A stretch of 64,000 nucleotides of DNA, taken from the NCBI GenBank assembly GCA_041690975.1, contig JBEPVO010000001.1, forward strand, positions 811 through 64,810, written 5' to 3'. The position numbers and the translations under genes are program-made. This DNA is from Alphaproteobacteria bacterium (lineage in GTDB: Bacteria; Pseudomonadota; Alphaproteobacteria; Micropepsales; Micropepsaceae). Under the pieces are notes generated by a model that searched no databases, was not told where the DNA came from, and saw only the letters and a program-made list of their open reading frames with translations. This document shows positions 19,197 through 27,236 of the stretch, piece after piece (position 1 is the stretch's first letter; each line of letters begins with the position of its first letter).

Positions 19197-20465
19197 TCAG
19201 GCCCGGCAAGCCGCGGCATACGGGCGGAGCGCATCGCGTATCCTGTCCAGGATCAGGCCCTGAGGATCGCGGGTGAGCTCGCCATCCCGGACGCGCCGGT
19301 ACTGGACTGGCAGATAGCGGCTCAGCAGAATGTCTGGGGCCGGTGCCGCCGTGAGGTTGGCAATGAGTTTGGCGGTGGCCGCTTCGATCCGGGGATCGGG
19401 CCAATAGTAACGGATACGATCGCTGTAGCTGTTGAACAGCAGGACGTCCTGCTCCGCAGCGGTCCCCGAATAATAGTCCCGCCAATGTGCGGGATTCTCA
19501 TGCATGACGGTGCGGATGATATCCTGAACGCCGGATTGCGCGGCGGACGCAATCGTCTTTATTTCGATCTCGGCCAGCGCGCAGATCGCTTCGCGCATCG
19601 CAAAAGTCACGCCGGGTCCTACTTTCAGGATGGCGAAACCGCCTTTGACCAATGCGGCATAGGCATCGTCGCGTTGAAAATCGGTGGAATGGGCTTCAAA
19701 CACCAGACCGTCGGCATTCTGCTCGCGCCAGCGTGTCAGCATGTTCGCCTTCGCGGCGTCGTAATCGATGACCGAAATGTTGTCGAACTCCACGCCGGGC
19801 TGGACCACCAGGCCCACCACCCGCGACCAGGCCTCTGCGAGGCCCCCCTCGGTAAATGCCTGTTTGTGCACGGCCAGAGTGCGCGCCGCCGCCTGTGGGG
19901 TGGTGACGGCCAGTTCGTGTCCGTGAGACGCGCCGCCCGGCACCGGCACTTCGGTCCCGACAATATAGAAGGGGCGTGCGCCGCCCGTGTGGGACCTTTC
20001 TGCCACCCCGGCAAGCTGGGCCGCACGAAGGGCGATGGTTTCGTCGGGCAAGATGTCGGGATCACCGCCACACGGCATGCTGGTGTCGAGATGGATTTTG
20101 GTGAAGCCGGCGCGCACATATTGCGCGATCATCTCTTCGGCGTGGCGCATGGCTTCCGCGGCGGGCAATTTGCGCCAGACATGCGGGCCCAGATGGTCCC
20201 CGCCCAGAATGAGCCGGTCCGCAGGCAGGCCCGCGCGCGCCGTCAACGCCCGCACGAAATCGCGAAACCCGTCCGGGCGCATCCCGGTATAGCCGCCATC
20301 CTGATTGACCTGATTGCAGGTGGCTTCGATCAAAAGCAGGCTGCCGTCGCCCAGCGCCTGGTCTGCGGCGGCCCGGATCACCCAGGGATGCGCCGAACAG
20401 ACCGATGGGATGGCGCGCTGCCCGTTGGCCGCCAGCAGGTCCAGGAACACATTATGTTCTGCCAA
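19197..20465 (-). CDS. GatZ/KbaZ-family protein (tagatose-6-phosphate 4-epimerase / aldolase accessory)
   Basis: SVCSAHP, IEATCNQVNQDGGYTG, LGGDHLGP, KIHLD, GTEVPVPGG, VVQPGVEF, EAHSTD, LKVGP, SYSDRIRYYW. Confidence 0.92.
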   Translation of the reverse strand: MAEHNVFLDLLAANGQRAIPSVCSAHPWVIRAAADQALGDGSLLLIEATCNQVNQDGGYTGMRPDGFRDFVRALTARAGLPADRLILGGDHLGPHVWRKLPAAEAMRHAEEMIAQYVRAGFTKIHLDTSMPCGGDPDILPDETIALRAAQLAGVAERSHTGGARPFYIVGTEVPVPGGASHGHELAVTTPQAAARTLAVHKQAFTEGGLAEAWSRVVGLVVQPGVEFDNISVIDYDAAKANMLTRWREQNADGLVFEAHSTDFQRDDAYAALVKGGFAILKVGPGVTFAMREAICALAEIEIKTIASAAQSGVQDIIRTVMHENPAHWRDYYSGTAAEQDVLLFNSYSDRIRYYWPDPRIEAATAKLIANLTAAPAPDILLSRYLPVQYRRVRDGELTRDPQGLILDRIRDALRPYAAACRA

Positions 20466-20554
20466 CGTCCGCCCCGATCATGCTTGTGTCTTATTTCGCG
20501 CCCCGATTTTGATGCTATCATTTTGACTAGGACCGGCAACAAGAATGGAGCCGC

Positions 20555-21532
20555 ATGGCCGCTTCCCCGCCGCAATTCGATGTCGCTGTTGCCGGCGAAA
20601 TCAATCTTGACCTGGTGCTGGATGGCATCCCGGATCCGATGCCGATGGAGCGCGAACTGTTGGCTAGCGGTTTTCGCGTCACCTTGGGCAGTTCGGCGGC
20701 AATCCTGGCGCACAATCTCTCGGCTCTGGGCGCGCGGGTCGGTTTTGCGAGCCTGGCGGCGACCGATGAATTGTCCAAGCTGGCATTGCGCTTTCTGACG
20801 GATCGCGAGGTCGATATTTCCGGCGTCCGGTACAGCGAGAGTTCAAACGGATCGGGCGTCACGGTTGTGATTAATCACGGCATTGCGCGCCATATACTCA
20901 CATATCTGGGCACGACGTCCGAGATGCGCGTCGCACATCTGGATCTCGATTATATTTGCGCCGCCCGGCATTTTCATTTGTCCTCCCTGTTTCTGCTGAA
21001 GGGGATGCACAAGGATCTGCCCGATCTCTTTCGCAAGATCCGGCAACGGGGACTGACCATTTCCCTGGATACGAATGACGATCCGGACGATGTCTGGGGC
21101 GGTGTGCTGGGCGATATTCTTCCCCTGATCGATGTGCTCTTGCCCAATGAGCGGGAATTGCTGCGAATCACGGACAAATCGAACATCGCGGAAGCGCTGG
21201 CGGTGATGTCCGGAAAGGTGCCGCTGACGGTGGTCAAGCGCGGCGCGCTGGGCGCCATGGTGCAACATGGCAAGGACCGTCATGTGATTGCGCCGGTCCG
21301 TGTCACGCCTTTGGATCTGATTGGCGCCGGCGACAGCTTCAATGCGGGCTTTTTGGCCTGCTATGTCCGCGGTCTTCCACCCGAAACATGCGCGGCGGTG
21401 GGAAATATCACGGGCGCGATTTCCACCTTGAAGCCGGGCGGGATTGAGGCTTTCCGGGATGACGCATTCCTGCGGGATGCTGCCCGAAAGCTCGCGCCCG
21501 ATCTGCCGGTCCTGGATCTGCTCTTTCAGTAA
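20555..21532 (+). CDS. PfkB-family carbohydrate kinase
   Basis: GEINLDLV, LGSSAAILAHNLSALG, LPNERE, VVKRGALG, DLIGAGDSFNAGF. Confidence 0.92.
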   Translation: MAASPPQFDVAVAGEINLDLVLDGIPDPMPMERELLASGFRVTLGSSAAILAHNLSALGARVGFASLAATDELSKLALRFLTDREVDISGVRYSESSNGSGVTVVINHGIARHILTYLGTTSEMRVAHLDLDYICAARHFHLSSLFLLKGMHKDLPDLFRKIRQRGLTISLDTNDDPDDVWGGVLGDILPLIDVLLPNERELLRITDKSNIAEALAVMSGKVPLTVVKRGALGAMVQHGKDRHVIAPVRVTPLDLIGAGDSFNAGFLACYVRGLPPETCAAVGNITGAISTLKPGGIEAFRDDAFLRDAARKLAPDLPVLDLLFQ

Positions 21533-21936
21533 TCCCGATCGCGCCAACCTTTGTCGGCATGATCCTCGGCGGATTTCACTTGGAATTCGCAGATCGCCTG
21601 GCCCTGCATCCCGACCACCAGGGGGCAGGATTTTTCCAGATGGCGGACATAGCGAAGCCATTCTGCGTCGTGGGCACCGAAAAGCTTCGGCCGGTTTTTC
21701 AGGCAACGATCCAGCGCCCTTGGGCCGGTGCCGAACATACCGGCATAGACCGGTTCGAGACAGGCGCGTGTTTCGATGTCGCTAGATTTTACAGTCTGGC
21801 CATCGAGCAGGATGGCAGCGGCGACCAGGCACACACCGGCAGGTAATGCATAGCGCCAGCGCGATCGCCGGTTTCGCCCGTCCGTATAGCGAAGGAACAG
21901 AAGACTGTCCTTTGCGGGATCGTCGACCACCATCAT
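21526..21936 (-). CDS. Hypothetical small membrane-anchored protein with Cys-containing C-terminal part
   Basis: RBS AGGA upstream of ATG; basic stretch, one hydrophobic helix, four downstream Cys; divergent from the first TIR gene. Confidence 0.55.
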   Translation of the reverse strand: MMVVDDPAKDSLLFLRYTDGRNRRSRWRYALPAGVCLVAAAILLDGQTVKSSDIETRACLEPVYAGMFGTGPRALDRCLKNRPKLFGAHDAEWLRYVRHLEKSCPLVVGMQGQAICEFQVKSAEDHADKGWRDRDY

Positions 21937-22088
21937 TGGTTCCTGTTTGCGACACTTTAGCGGTTTACCGGCGCGGCTGTAATCCCCGCGAGGATCGCGG
22001 CATGCATGAAACCGTGCGGGTCTGTGTTTATCTTCGCTTGCAAACCGGCGATATTCACTTCTAACGTGCCGCTCCGGCTGGGGTTTTC

Positions 22089-23288
22089 ATGGCGCACGAC
22101 GTCTTCCTTTCCTATTCCTCCAAAGACAAGCCGGTGGCCGATGCCACTTGCGCTGTCCTGGAAGGTCGCGGCATCCGGTGCTGGATGGCGCCGCGCGACA
22201 TCACGCCGGGCGCGGATTGGGGCGAGAGCATCATCGACGCGATTCAGGGCGCGCGTGCGATGGTGCTGGTGTTTTCCAAGAACGCCAACGAGTCAGTCCA
22301 GATCAAGCGCGAAGTCGAGCGCGCTGTGAACCGGGGCATGCCCGTCATCCCCTTCCGGATCGAGAATGTGATGCCAGTCAAGTCGCTGGAATATTTCCTC
22401 TCGACGCCGCATTGGCTGGACGCATTCAGTCCGCCGATGGAGCGGCATCTCAATTATCTCGCTGACGTGATTCAGAGTTTGCTGGACGGCAAGCCGGCAC
22501 CGCAGCCCAAGAAGGAGGAAGAGCCGTCCCATCTGTTCGCGGGCGTCGACCGTCGGGTGGCGATTGCCGGTGCGGGCGGCATCCTGGCGGTCGCAGCCGG
22601 CGGCTGGTTTCTGTTGGGATCATCGGGGCCGGCCAGTTTTGTCGGCAAATGGATGGCAGAAAAGATCGATATCAGCCCGGATTCGCCCAGTCCGTTCGGT
22701 ATGTTCTCGATCTCCACCTTCCTCAAAGCCGCCGTGCAGGGCGGCAAGCTCACCGGCAATCTGGAAGTAAGCGATATCGGGCAATACAAATTCGACTGGG
22801 GCGGCGACGATACCGGCACGGTACGACTGAGCGGCCGCGACAGCATGATCTTCACCTCGGACATTACGCGCCAGGAAACACCTTTCACCTTCATGCGGAT
22901 TGATGGCGCCAACGCTGCCGGCGCTGCTTCGGCGCTAGGCGGCAAGAACGGTGACAGCGCCATTGCCATCACCGCGCCCGCGACCGCGCAATCGATGTTG
23001 GTGGGAACGCCCGCCGGTCAGACCGGGCTGCAAGGCCATTGGTACACCCACACGCCGGCCAATGGCGCACTGGGCGCCGTGACGACGTCGCTCGATATCA
23101 CGGCGGGCAATCGCTACCACTACCGGTTCAATATCGCGGAGTCTGGAATCTGGCAGGCTGCCGACGGGAAATGGAATCGCACGCCACAAGGAGCGCTGCC
23201 CGCATCGGGCACTTATCAGTTCAAGGGTTCCAGCCGCGTAACCTGCGTCGCCGCCAGTGGTGTGACGGTGTGGTCGCGAACCAGTTAG
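22089..23288 (+). CDS. TIR-domain protein: TIR - single TM - duplicated beta-rich extracytoplasmic domain
   Basis: HDVFLSYSSKD, CWMAPRDITPG, IIDAI, IKREVERA (catalytic Glu position), VIPFRIE; TM VAIAGAGGILAVAAGGWFLL. Confidence 0.88.
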   Translation: MAHDVFLSYSSKDKPVADATCAVLEGRGIRCWMAPRDITPGADWGESIIDAIQGARAMVLVFSKNANESVQIKREVERAVNRGMPVIPFRIENVMPVKSLEYFLSTPHWLDAFSPPMERHLNYLADVIQSLLDGKPAPQPKKEEEPSHLFAGVDRRVAIAGAGGILAVAAGGWFLLGSSGPASFVGKWMAEKIDISPDSPSPFGMFSISTFLKAAVQGGKLTGNLEVSDIGQYKFDWGGDDTGTVRLSGRDSMIFTSDITRQETPFTFMRIDGANAAGAASALGGKNGDSAIAITAPATAQSMLVGTPAGQTGLQGHWYTHTPANGALGAVTTSLDITAGNRYHYRFNIAESGIWQAADGKWNRTPQGALPASGTYQFKGSSRVTCVAASGVTVWSRTS

Positions 23289-23289
23289 G

Positions 23290-24666
23290 TCAAGGGCAGA
23301 CTTCGATCTGGCGAGATGAGGACACCGATTTCTCGCATATGCCCGCGACCTGGACGGTGCATCGAAATTCGGATCCGACATTGACGCTCTGACCGCCCCC
23401 GAACAGCGCGCCGCCCAACAGGGAGCCGACCACGCGGCCGCCGGTGGACGATGCGTCCTGCGCATTCTGACTCATAACGCGGATGGCGCCGGTGCGTCCG
23501 CCGCCGGCGGTGCAAGTTTTTTCGAGCTGGGCCTGCGCCGCGTCGCGGGCATCCTCGCAAGCGATGGCTGAGCTGTTTCCCGTGCCGGTGGCGTTGCGCG
23601 ACATCTGGCTTTGCTGTGTGCCCCCGCTGGTTTGGGTTTGCACCTTACAGGCGGCCAGCCGCTGGCGCACATCGGTGGCGTAAAACGACTTGCCATACTG
23701 TCCAAGGAAGCCCTGATACCCGGTGCGCGAGCGTTGCGACAGTGCGCCGCGATAGGCGGTGCGAACCATGTTTTCCTGCGCGTCCGCGTTGGCATAGGCG
23801 TCGCGCGCTTCGTTGATGTCTATGCCATGTTTGGCATAAGTGGTGATGAAATTGTTGTAGGCGGCAGGCGTGTTGGTTGCCTTTGCTTTCTGGAACGCGG
23901 CGTCCACTTCGGTCTTCAACTCACTGACGCGGGATTCGGCCTTGCCGGAGAAGTAACCGCTGGGCATTTCGCGCATATAGAGCTGATAGCCGGGCACCGA
24001 ATCTTCCATCGCCGCGATATTCCAGGCTTGCTGGTCTTCGGGCTTGGCCGTGGGACGCAAGACGTACCAGAGGCCCAGAAGCAGGACGAGGGCAATGCCA
24101 CCCGCGATGGCGGCATTGACGGGTTTCTTGATCCATTCCTTTGGCGCAAGACCGCCGATGGTGAAAGGCTCGCTGCTGCCGCCATGATGATGCGCCAGTG
24201 AACCCAATGTCGGCATCGACAATCTGGCTTTCGTCACGACGGGCCGCTCTGCCGCCTGTTTGCCCAGTAGCCGTTTGACGGAGTCGGCAAGCTGGCGCAC
24301 ATGCTCGTCCAGCGGCGGCGTGAAGGCATCCAGCCAATGCGGCGTCGACAGGAAATATTCCAGCGCCTTGGTCGGCATCACATTTTCGATGCGAAAGGGA
24401 ATGACGGGCATTCCCTTGTTCACTGCCCGCTCGACTTCGCGCTTGATCTGCTGTTGCGCGTCATTGGCGTTGGACGAGAACACCAGCACCATCACATGCG
24501 CTTCATTGATCGCGTCGATGATGGACTCGCCCCAATCGGCGCCCGGCACGATGTCGCGCGGCGCCATCCAGCAGCGCACGTCTTCGGCTTCCAGCCCGGC
24601 ACAAATCGCGGTCGCGATATTCTTGTCGCGCGCCGAGTAGCAGATGAAAACGTCGTGTGCAGACAT
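23290..24666 (-). CDS. TIR-domain protein: TIR - single TM - three helical repeats - Cys-rich C-terminus
   Basis: HDVFICYSARD...IKREVERAVNK; TM AAIAGGIALVLLLGLWYVL; repeats of type A-W/F/Y..A......Y..Y/F...; six Cys at the C-terminus. Start chosen at MSAHDVF by analogy with the paralog. Confidence 0.88.
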   Translation of the reverse strand: MSAHDVFICYSARDKNIATAICAGLEAEDVRCWMAPRDIVPGADWGESIIDAINEAHVMVLVFSSNANDAQQQIKREVERAVNKGMPVIPFRIENVMPTKALEYFLSTPHWLDAFTPPLDEHVRQLADSVKRLLGKQAAERPVVTKARLSMPTLGSLAHHHGGSSEPFTIGGLAPKEWIKKPVNAAIAGGIALVLLLGLWYVLRPTAKPEDQQAWNIAAMEDSVPGYQLYMREMPSGYFSGKAESRVSELKTEVDAAFQKAKATNTPAAYNNFITTYAKHGIDINEARDAYANADAQENMVRTAYRGALSQRSRTGYQGFLGQYGKSFYATDVRQRLAACKVQTQTSGGTQQSQMSRNATGTGNSSAIACEDARDAAQAQLEKTCTAGGGRTGAIRVMSQNAQDASSTGGRVVGSLLGGALFGGGQSVNVGSEFRCTVQVAGICEKSVSSSRQIEVCP

Positions 24667-25229
24667 GACCCAGCCCCACCCCGTCATCCCGGAACGCGAA
24701 TGCGGAATTCCCGGAAAGAGCATCACCGCAATGGCGCGATAAGACAATGATAAGCATAATTGTTTTCACAAGAAACATTCGGGCTAGAGCGTTGAAATGG
24801 TTGGCGTCGTGACGGTCATGGGGGGTAAAAAGTTCTTGCATCTTCACGCGCAAATTGAAGGCCGGCGCCCGCTTTCCTGTCCGAATTGTGCGCTGGGATC
24901 GTTTTGGACGGCCCGCGTGGCGTCGAAACAGGGGTTTTGCGTCCCGCCGGACTGCTCAGATTAACGGCAGGGTGACTCAAGCAGGATGCTCGACAGCCCG
25001 CGCCTTTTCCGGACCGGCTTTGGCCATGCGGATCGCGGAGGAAGGCGGCACGCACTCCCTTTATCGCCTCTTGTCTTGCGTATATCGTCCCGGCAAGCGC
25101 TTGAAGGGCGCGGTGGGGCATAAAATCGGAACATCAGAGGCGGCGATTGCCGCCATCGCCGTCTGTGCACGCATCATGGTTGATCGCAGAGCGGCTGGTT
25201 GCTCGCTCTGTCACAAGGTCCGTATCTGA

Positions 25230-27236
25230 ATGCCTACCAATCTGTTCAAGATCAGCGACTGGATCTACATCGTGCCCCTGGCGCTGATCGGGTTCGCGCT
25301 GGGTGTTTACGGATTCATGGGATGCACCGATTGCAGCGCCGTTACTAGCGGCGTGCGCGGGGCTGCTCCCACCGGGTTTGTCGCTGCGGCAACCCATACC
25401 CTGAGCCTAGTCAAGGCGGTGGGCAATTTTCCGCTCGACCGGGTTCATTGGCCGCTCTTTGTCGCGCAGATCATCATGCCGGCGCTGGCCTTTGTCAGCG
25501 TGTTCAAGCTGGTGCTGCAAAATATCCGCCGCGATGCCCGCGTACTGTTCGCCCGCCGTCTGAAAAACCACACCATCGTGTGCGGGCTGGGTGATACGGG
25601 ACGCCAGATCGTGGAAAGTTTTCGTGACCAGCATATGCCGGTCGTGGTGATCGCGCTGAACGTCAGCACGCCCGATGCCACGGCCTGCGAACGGCGCGGC
25701 GTCGCGGTGCTGGAAGGCGATGCTGGCCAGGCCAGCATGCTGAAGCTGGCCGGGTTGAAGCGCGCAGCTTCGCTGGTCATTGCTTGCGGATCGGATGGAA
25801 CCAATCTGGAGATCGGCATGCGCGCGCGCGATGTGCTGGCCCAAGTCCGGGGGCGGTCGGTCAAAATTCTGCCCGAACTGCGCAGCGACTGGCTGTACGA
25901 CCTGGTCAAGGCCCAGAATACGGGCGCAATTGGCTCCGATCAGGCCGAATTCCAGTTGTTCAATCTCAACGCTAATGCGGCACGACATGTGTTGCGGTCG
26001 CGCTTTTTCCTGCGCGCAGTGCCCGAAGCGATGCCGCAGCCGCATATTCTCTTCGCCGGTTTCGGGCGGGTGGCGGCAGAAATCCTGGTGCGGGCGGCGC
26101 GCTGCAATTTCGCCATCCCCGGCCAGAAGGTCTCGGCGACCGTGCTGGACGAGAAGGGCGCGGCCAGCATCGCCGCGGCGCAGGAAGCCTGCGCCGATAT
26201 CAGCCAGATCGCCGATATCGAATTTCAGCCCTGCGAATTCACGGCTGACGATTCATCATGGCAGGCAGCCGCGATTGCGGCGCTGCAGAAGCGGCCACCT
26301 CTGGCGGTGGTGATTGCGGTGCAGCAGGACGATATTGCGCTCAACACGGCGATGCGGTTCCGCAAGCTGCTGGACGGCTTGGGGTTCTTCGCCACGCCGA
26401 TCTTCGTGCGTGTTCGCGAGCAGCATCGCCTGGGCGCTTTTTTGTCCCAGCTGGAGGCGCAGTCGCTGTTTCGCGAAAGGTTGGTGCCGTTCGGCGGCCT
26501 GGCATTGCTCACCAGTCCGGCAGCGTTGCTGGATCAGTCGCTCGACTCTCTGGCGCGTGCTGCCCATGACGTCTGGCTGCGCAGCAATGCCCACTCGGAA
26601 TCATCTGCCGCGATGCCTTGGGAAAAGTTGGCGGAATTTCACAAACAGTCCAACCGCGGATTGGCGGACTATATCCCCGTGCGCCTGGGGTGCTGCGGAT
26701 TGCGGCTGGTGAATGAGCCGGGCCCGCTTGTCACGCTGGATAGCGCGCAGGTGGAAAAATTGGCCGCGCTGGAACATTGGCGCTGGTACCTGGAGCTGTA
26801 TTCGATGGGCTGGCGCCATGCCGAAAGCCGGGACGATTTCCTCAAGCTGCACAACCGCCTGGTGGATTGGGCAGACCTGCCGAAAGGCACCAAGGATTAT
26901 AATCGCGAAATGGCGCGGTTGCTGCCGCAGATCGCGGCCGCTGCCGGCATGTGTATTCGCCGCGACCACATTTTGTTTGCGGACGCGATGGGAGGCGGCA
27001 CGGTTGTCGTGCCGGAGCCTGGAATCCAGCTGGTGATCGCGTTCGATCCGCGCGATCCGCAGGCGTTTCTGCGCGCCCTGGCCGCACAGCGCCTGGGTGC
27101 CAAGATATGGGCGCGGTTGGAGGCTGGCGCATCGCCCCGACTTTTCCGGCAGCAATCGGGAGATCCTCTGGAGATCGAGACGTTCCTTTGCGAAGAGGAG
27201 TGGACGGTATTACGGGCGCAAGGAGTGGCCGCTTGA
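25230..27236 (+). CDS. Membrane protein with 2 TM helices, two TrkA_N/RCK NAD-binding domains and a RyR (ryanodine receptor repeat) region
   Basis: TM1-loop-TM2; Rossmann motifs HTIVCGLGDTG and HILFAGFGRVA; RyR motifs ARAAHDVW..WEKL....QSNR..ADYIP and LAALEHWRW....GWRH...RD....HNRLVDWADLP...KDYNRE. Confidence 0.82.
   Translation: MPTNLFKISDWIYIVPLALIGFALGVYGFMGCTDCSAVTSGVRGAAPTGFVAAATHTLSLVKAVGNFPLDRVHWPLFVAQIIMPALAFVSVFKLVLQNIRRDARVLFARRLKNHTIVCGLGDTGRQIVESFRDQHMPVVVIALNVSTPDATACERRGVAVLEGDAGQASMLKLAGLKRAASLVIACGSDGTNLEIGMRARDVLAQVRGRSVKILPELRSDWLYDLVKAQNTGAIGSDQAEFQLFNLNANAARHVLRSRFFLRAVPEAMPQPHILFAGFGRVAAEILVRAARCNFAIPGQKVSATVLDEKGAASIAAAQEACADISQIADIEFQPCEFTADDSSWQAAAIAALQKRPPLAVVIAVQQDDIALNTAMRFRKLLDGLGFFATPIFVRVREQHRLGAFLSQLEAQSLFRERLVPFGGLALLTSPAALLDQSLDSLARAAHDVWLRSNAHSESSAAMPWEKLAEFHKQSNRGLADYIPVRLGCCGLRLVNEPGPLVTLDSAQVEKLAALEHWRWYLELYSMGWRHAESRDDFLKLHNRLVDWADLPKGTKDYNREMARLLPQIAAAAGMCIRRDHILFADAMGGGTVVVPEPGIQLVIAFDPRDPQAFLRALAAQRLGAKIWARLEAGASPRLFRQQSGDPLEIETFLCEEEWTVLRAQGVAA

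Noticed and set aside
22089-24666. Inverted ~400-bp similarity as terminal repeats of a mobile element
   Set aside because: The similarity is confined to the paralogous TIR coding regions; no transposase or target-site duplication is seen.
24855-25229. 124-aa ORF upstream of the RCK-RyR gene
   Set aside because: TTG start without a clear RBS, no motifs, composition typical of a spurious ORF.
26951-27232. N-terminal extension of the SLOG ORF (730-aa call)
   Set aside because: It overlaps the RyR gene out of frame and has no domain signal; the TTG at 27233 with an RBS is a better start.
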